NCBI GenBank assembly: GCA_965221165.1
Contig: CBDCRP010000002.1
Location: forward strand, 1,088,001 to 1,152,000
Length of the DNA stretch: 64,000 nucleotides
Origin: a bacterium
Lineage (GTDB): Bacteria > UBA8248
Direction of reading: 5' to 3'
In this document: in pieces, positions 60,251 through 64,000 of the stretch
Layout of the letters: every line of letters begins with the position of its first letter
Numbering within the stretch: the first letter of the stretch is position 1
Position numbers and translations under genes: made by a program
The notes under the pieces: model-generated
Database searches by the model: none
Told to the model about the DNA's origin: nothing
Seen by the model: the letters and a program-made list of their open reading frames with translations, nothing else

Positions 60251-61408
60251 ATGAACCTGCCCTTTGATGAAGATAAGCTCAGCGTCTTGATGGAAGACGA
60301 GGGCGCGGACGTCGTTCTCGCCTCCTCGAAGGAAAACGTCCAGTACCTGCTCGGCGGCTACAAATTCTTTTTCTTCGCCCACAAGGACGCCATCGGCGTC
60401 AGCCGCTACCAGCCGTTGGTAGGCCTGCCGAAGGGCGCTTCCGATAAAGCATTCTATATCGGAAACATCATGGAAGGCTGGCAGCAGGAAGTCGAACCTC
60501 TATGGGTGCCCGAGAAGAAAAACAACCATTGGCACAGCGAACAAGCCGGCAAGGACGCGGCCGATTGCATCCGCAGGCTGGGTCATGAGAAAGGCACCGT
60601 GGCGGTGGAGAAATGCTTTCTTCCGGCGGATGCGTACGAGGCGCTTCAGGAAGAGCTGCCCGACGCCAGATTTATCGACGCCGTCTACCTGCTCGAAGAA
60701 CTCAGAGCCGTGAAGCAACCCCACGAACTCACCTTGCTGAAAGAGGCGTCCGAAACCATCGTCGAATGTATGCTCGACGTCATGAAGAGCACGCCTCCGG
60801 GCACCACCATGTACGAGGTCGCCGATGAGATGAAAAAACTCGAAACCCAAAGAGGACTCGATTTCGAGTACTGCCTCACCTGCACGGGGCCGAGCTACAA
60901 TCGCGCGCCTTCGAACGCCACGTGGGATGAGGGAAACATCCTCTCGCTCGATTCGGGCGGGAACAAGCAGGGATATCTGGGCGATCTGTGCCGCATGGCC
61001 GTCATGGGAGAACCCACGCCGCTCATGGAGGATTTGCTCGGTGAAATCCAGGCGGTGCAGACGGCCGCGCGCGCCGTGGTGCGCCCGGGCGTCACGGGAC
61101 AGGAAATCTACGAAGCCGCCCTCGCCGAGCAGGCCAGATGCGAGCACGACGAGGAGATGGTATTCCTCGCGCACGGCATGGGCATCATCCAGCACGAGGC
61201 GCCGCACCTCACCTCCTCGGGCGTCGTGCCCTACCCCGCCACCTATGAGACCAAGGGCCTCGAACCCGGAATGGTGGTGTCCATCGAAACCGACATCAAA
61301 AACCCCGAAGTCGGCTTCGTGAAACTCGAGGACACCGTGGTCGTCACCGAAGACGGCTCGGAAGGTTACGGTGACGAAGGACGGGGCTGGAACAGAGGCG
61401 GCGCGTAG
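60251..61408 (+). CDS. M24 family metallopeptidase-like protein
   Basis: ENVQYL, SLDSGG...GYLGDLCR, HGMG...HEAP, SIE, KLED. Confidence 0.85.
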   Translation: MNLPFDEDKLSVLMEDEGADVVLASSKENVQYLLGGYKFFFFAHKDAIGVSRYQPLVGLPKGASDKAFYIGNIMEGWQQEVEPLWVPEKKNNHWHSEQAGKDAADCIRRLGHEKGTVAVEKCFLPADAYEALQEELPDARFIDAVYLLEELRAVKQPHELTLLKEASETIVECMLDVMKSTPPGTTMYEVADEMKKLETQRGLDFEYCLTCTGPSYNRAPSNATWDEGNILSLDSGGNKQGYLGDLCRMAVMGEPTPLMEDLLGEIQAVQTAARAVVRPGVTGQEIYEAALAEQARCEHDEEMVFLAHGMGIIQHEAPHLTSSGVVPYPATYETKGLEPGMVVSIETDIKNPEVGFVKLEDTVVVTEDGSEGYGDEGRGWNRGGA

Positions 61409-61440
61409 ATTCCATTTCGTGAAAGGTAAGGAACAAGCAG

Positions 61441-62616
61441 GTGGATTTTCGTATCAACCCTGAAAATGAAGATTTGCTCGAACGCGCGAAAATCTACGCC
61501 AAGGAAATCCTGGCCCCGAGAGCCGAAAAAATCGACCAGGAGGGGATTTTTCCCCGCGAGAATTTCAACGATTTGGCGAAGGAAGGCTTTACCTCCCTGA
61601 CGCTTCCGAAAGACCAGGGCGGTAGAGACCTCTATGAGGACACCGCCACCTACTCGATGGTCCTCTACGAGTTGTCCAAGGGCTGTACGAACACGGCCAT
61701 GCTCTTCCACATGCACAGTTCCATCTCGCACGTGATTACCTATCTGGGAACGGATGAGCAAAAGCGCAGATACAGCGAAATCATACGGAGTGGAAAAATC
61801 ATCGCGAGTTATGCGAGCGAGAACACCTCGAGCCTTCACGGCGTGTGGCGCATGGAGACGAAGGCGATCCGGGACGGCGACGTCTACAGGATCAACGGCA
61901 GGAAATACTTTTGCTCCATGGCCGGCGAGGCGGATTATTACGTGCTTTGGGTGCAGCTTGAAGACGAGGAAGACCTCACGAAAAGCCTGGGGTTGCTCAT
62001 CGCGCCCTCGGACAACCCCGGCTTCAAGATAGATCAGGAGTGGAACGCCTTCGCCATGCGCGGAACGATGAGCCACTCGATGATATACGACGACGTAAAA
62101 ATACCGGTGGAGGATCTGGTGGGCCGGGGCGGAGACCCGATACGCCCCGACGTTCTGCCCAAGTTCGGTTTCGGCTACTCCGCCGTCTACCTGGGCGCGG
62201 GCGGAGGCGCCTTCGATTGGGTGGTCAACTACGCGCAAACCCGAAAGCTCATGCCCGACAACGTGCCCATCGCCTCATATCCCGCCATACAGCGCCAGAT
62301 AGGGGAGATGAAGATAGCGCTCGAGGGCGCGATTCTCATGCTCCAGAGAGCGGGCTGGATGATCAACGCCCACGGAGCGGACAGTGCCTACGGCTCCATC
62401 AACGAGGCGAAATACGTTTGCGCGGAAGCGTCGGCCTTCATCACGGAAAAAGCGCTCAAGGTGGCCGGCGGCCCGGGGCTGTTCCGGCATAATCCGCTCC
62501 AGCGCTTTCACCGCGAAGCGAGAGCAGGCCTCATCATGCCGCCCAACACGGAAAAATGCCTGGAACTCACCGCCAAAACCGTGTTGGAGGGCAGCGCGAA
62601 CGTGCTGGGCTCATAA
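61441..62616 (+). CDS. Acyl-CoA dehydrogenase family protein
   Basis: INGRKYFCS, W.AFAMRGT.S, VAGG, LQRFHRE. Confidence 0.88.
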   Translation: MDFRINPENEDLLERAKIYAKEILAPRAEKIDQEGIFPRENFNDLAKEGFTSLTLPKDQGGRDLYEDTATYSMVLYELSKGCTNTAMLFHMHSSISHVITYLGTDEQKRRYSEIIRSGKIIASYASENTSSLHGVWRMETKAIRDGDVYRINGRKYFCSMAGEADYYVLWVQLEDEEDLTKSLGLLIAPSDNPGFKIDQEWNAFAMRGTMSHSMIYDDVKIPVEDLVGRGGDPIRPDVLPKFGFGYSAVYLGAGGGAFDWVVNYAQTRKLMPDNVPIASYPAIQRQIGEMKIALEGAILMLQRAGWMINAHGADSAYGSINEAKYVCAEASAFITEKALKVAGGPGLFRHNPLQRFHREARAGLIMPPNTEKCLELTAKTVLEGSANVLGS

Positions 62617-62636
62617 ACAATGGAGGAACACCGCCG

Positions 62637-64000
62637 ATGAGTGAAAGCGTACATCTTCCTCCCTATTTCCGCCCCCCGCTCGAATATCCCGATTGCGCCC
62701 TCCACGAACTGCTCAAGATGACGTGCGCGCGCCGCCCGGACGCTACAGCCCTGGTGGATGGGGATGTCCACATGAGTTTCCGGGAACTCGACGTGCTCTC
62801 GAACGCCTGTGCGCGCGCCATGCTCGCCGAGGGTATAGGAATCGGGGATCGCGTCGGCCTGTTCCTGCCCAATTCGGTCGAATTCGAAATCGCCGTCTTC
62901 GGCGCATCGAAGATAGGGGCCGTTTTCACGCCGATGAACCCCGCCTATAAAGAAAACGAAGCCGCGTATCAACTCAACGATTCGGGCGCGAAGATTCTGA
63001 TCACCACGGCGGCGGGCGCCGCCCTGGTTCAAGGAGTGCGGAAAGACCTCACGACGCTCGAAACCATTATCGTGACGGACGATGGCGCACAGGGAGACAT
63101 CTGCTTCGAGGATTGGATAGGCGCGCACTCGCCGGAGAGCCTCCCCGAACCGGAGATCGATTTCGCCCAGGATTTAATCGCCCTGCCCTATTCGAGCGGC
63201 ACGACGGGTCTTCCAAAAGGCGTGATGCTCACCCACAAGAATCTGGTGTCGAACTACCACCAGTGCGTGGCGAATCATCAAGTTACGGACCGGGATGCGG
63301 GCCTCTTGTTCCTGCCGCTCTATCACATCTACGGAACCATGATCATGGGCGCGCTGATTCTCGCCGGCGCCACACAGGTGCTGATGAAGCGATTCACGGT
63401 GGATGACGCCCTGCGTCTCGTGCAAGAGCACGAGCTCACGCTCTTCTATGGCGTGCCGCCCGCGCTCTTGGCCATCGCGCACCATGAGAACCTGGGCGAA
63501 TACGATCTCTCCTCCCTGCGGTACATCATGAGCGGGGCCGCGCCCCTTCCGCCCGAGGTGAGGCGCCTCGTGCAGGAGAGAACGGGCGTGCTCACCTTCA
63601 TGGGCTACGGCCTCACCGAAGCCTCGCCCCTCACGCACATGAACCCTCCCGTGGAGGCTCTCATCAGAGAGGAATCCATAGGACCTCCCATCTCCGATCA
63701 GGAGCAAAAAATCGTCGACGTGGAAACCGGAAAAACGGAATTGCCCGTGGGCGAGGTGGGCGAGCTCATCGTGCGGGGACCCCACGTCATGAAAGGCTAT
63801 TGGAACGCGCCCGAGGCCACGGCCGAAGCGTTGCGCGACGGCTGGCTCCATACGGGCGACATCGGGCGGGTGGACGAGCAGGGCTACGTCTATCTGATGG
63901 ACAGGAAAAAGGAGATGATCAAGTACAAGGGCTTCGCCGTTGCGCCCGCCGAGCTCGAAGCGCGCCTGCACTTACACCCCGATGTCGCGGACGCGGCCGT
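62637..64000 (+). CDS. AMP-dependent acyl-CoA synthetase (partial, runs off window)
   Basis: ATG after GGAGG; PYSSGTTGLPKG, GYGLTE, GWLHTGD; absent from the ORF track because it has no stop in the window. Confidence 0.9.
   Translation, partial: MSESVHLPPYFRPPLEYPDCALHELLKMTCARRPDATALVDGDVHMSFRELDVLSNACARAMLAEGIGIGDRVGLFLPNSVEFEIAVFGASKIGAVFTPMNPAYKENEAAYQLNDSGAKILITTAAGAALVQGVRKDLTTLETIIVTDDGAQGDICFEDWIGAHSPESLPEPEIDFAQDLIALPYSSGTTGLPKGVMLTHKNLVSNYHQCVANHQVTDRDAGLLFLPLYHIYGTMIMGALILAGATQVLMKRFTVDDALRLVQEHELTLFYGVPPALLAIAHHENLGEYDLSSLRYIMSGAAPLPPEVRRLVQERTGVLTFMGYGLTEASPLTHMNPPVEALIREESIGPPISDQEQKIVDVETGKTELPVGEVGELIVRGPHVMKGYWNAPEATAEALRDGWLHTGDIGRVDEQGYVYLMDRKKEMIKYKGFAVAPAELEARLHLHPDVADAA

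Overview
High-GC bacterial chromosomal window, probably from an environmental or host-associated heterotroph; taxonomy cannot be fixed from sequence alone. The backbone carries catabolic and transport operons: a peptide ABC transporter, two Gfo/Idh/MocA oxidoreductases, acyl-CoA dehydrogenases, M24 peptidases, malQ, epimerases, a zinc ADH and a PLP decarboxylase. Several accessory blocks interrupt it. (1) An AT-rich two-gene cassette encodes a SAMHD1-like HD dNTPase and a YwgA/DUF4065-like protein (9.3-11.2 kb), a candidate defence system. (2) A partner-switching signalling locus (STAS, TorS-like kinase, orphan binding protein, RsbW-like kinase, REC-PP2C, duplicated REC) lies near an NCS2 nucleobase permease fused to a degenerate RsbW-like domain (17.9-26.7 kb). 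(3) An IS1595 relic sits beside a type II R-M pair and a broken higBA (26.8-29.6 kb). (4) A decayed island of about 23 kb (33.7-56.7 kb) contains a long inverted-repeat pair, a divergent adenine-deaminase/sugar-ABC operon, IS3 and IS1016-group elements, a truncated VapE, a TA pair and integrase remnants. It also holds an operon with a triple-CMD/AhpD-fold protein and a DsbA-family selenoprotein (in-frame UGA in a UxxC motif followed by a SECIS-like hairpin), whose 5' end the ORF track misses. No rRNA, tRNA or CRISPR array was seen. All family assignments come from motif recognition by eye, not database searches.
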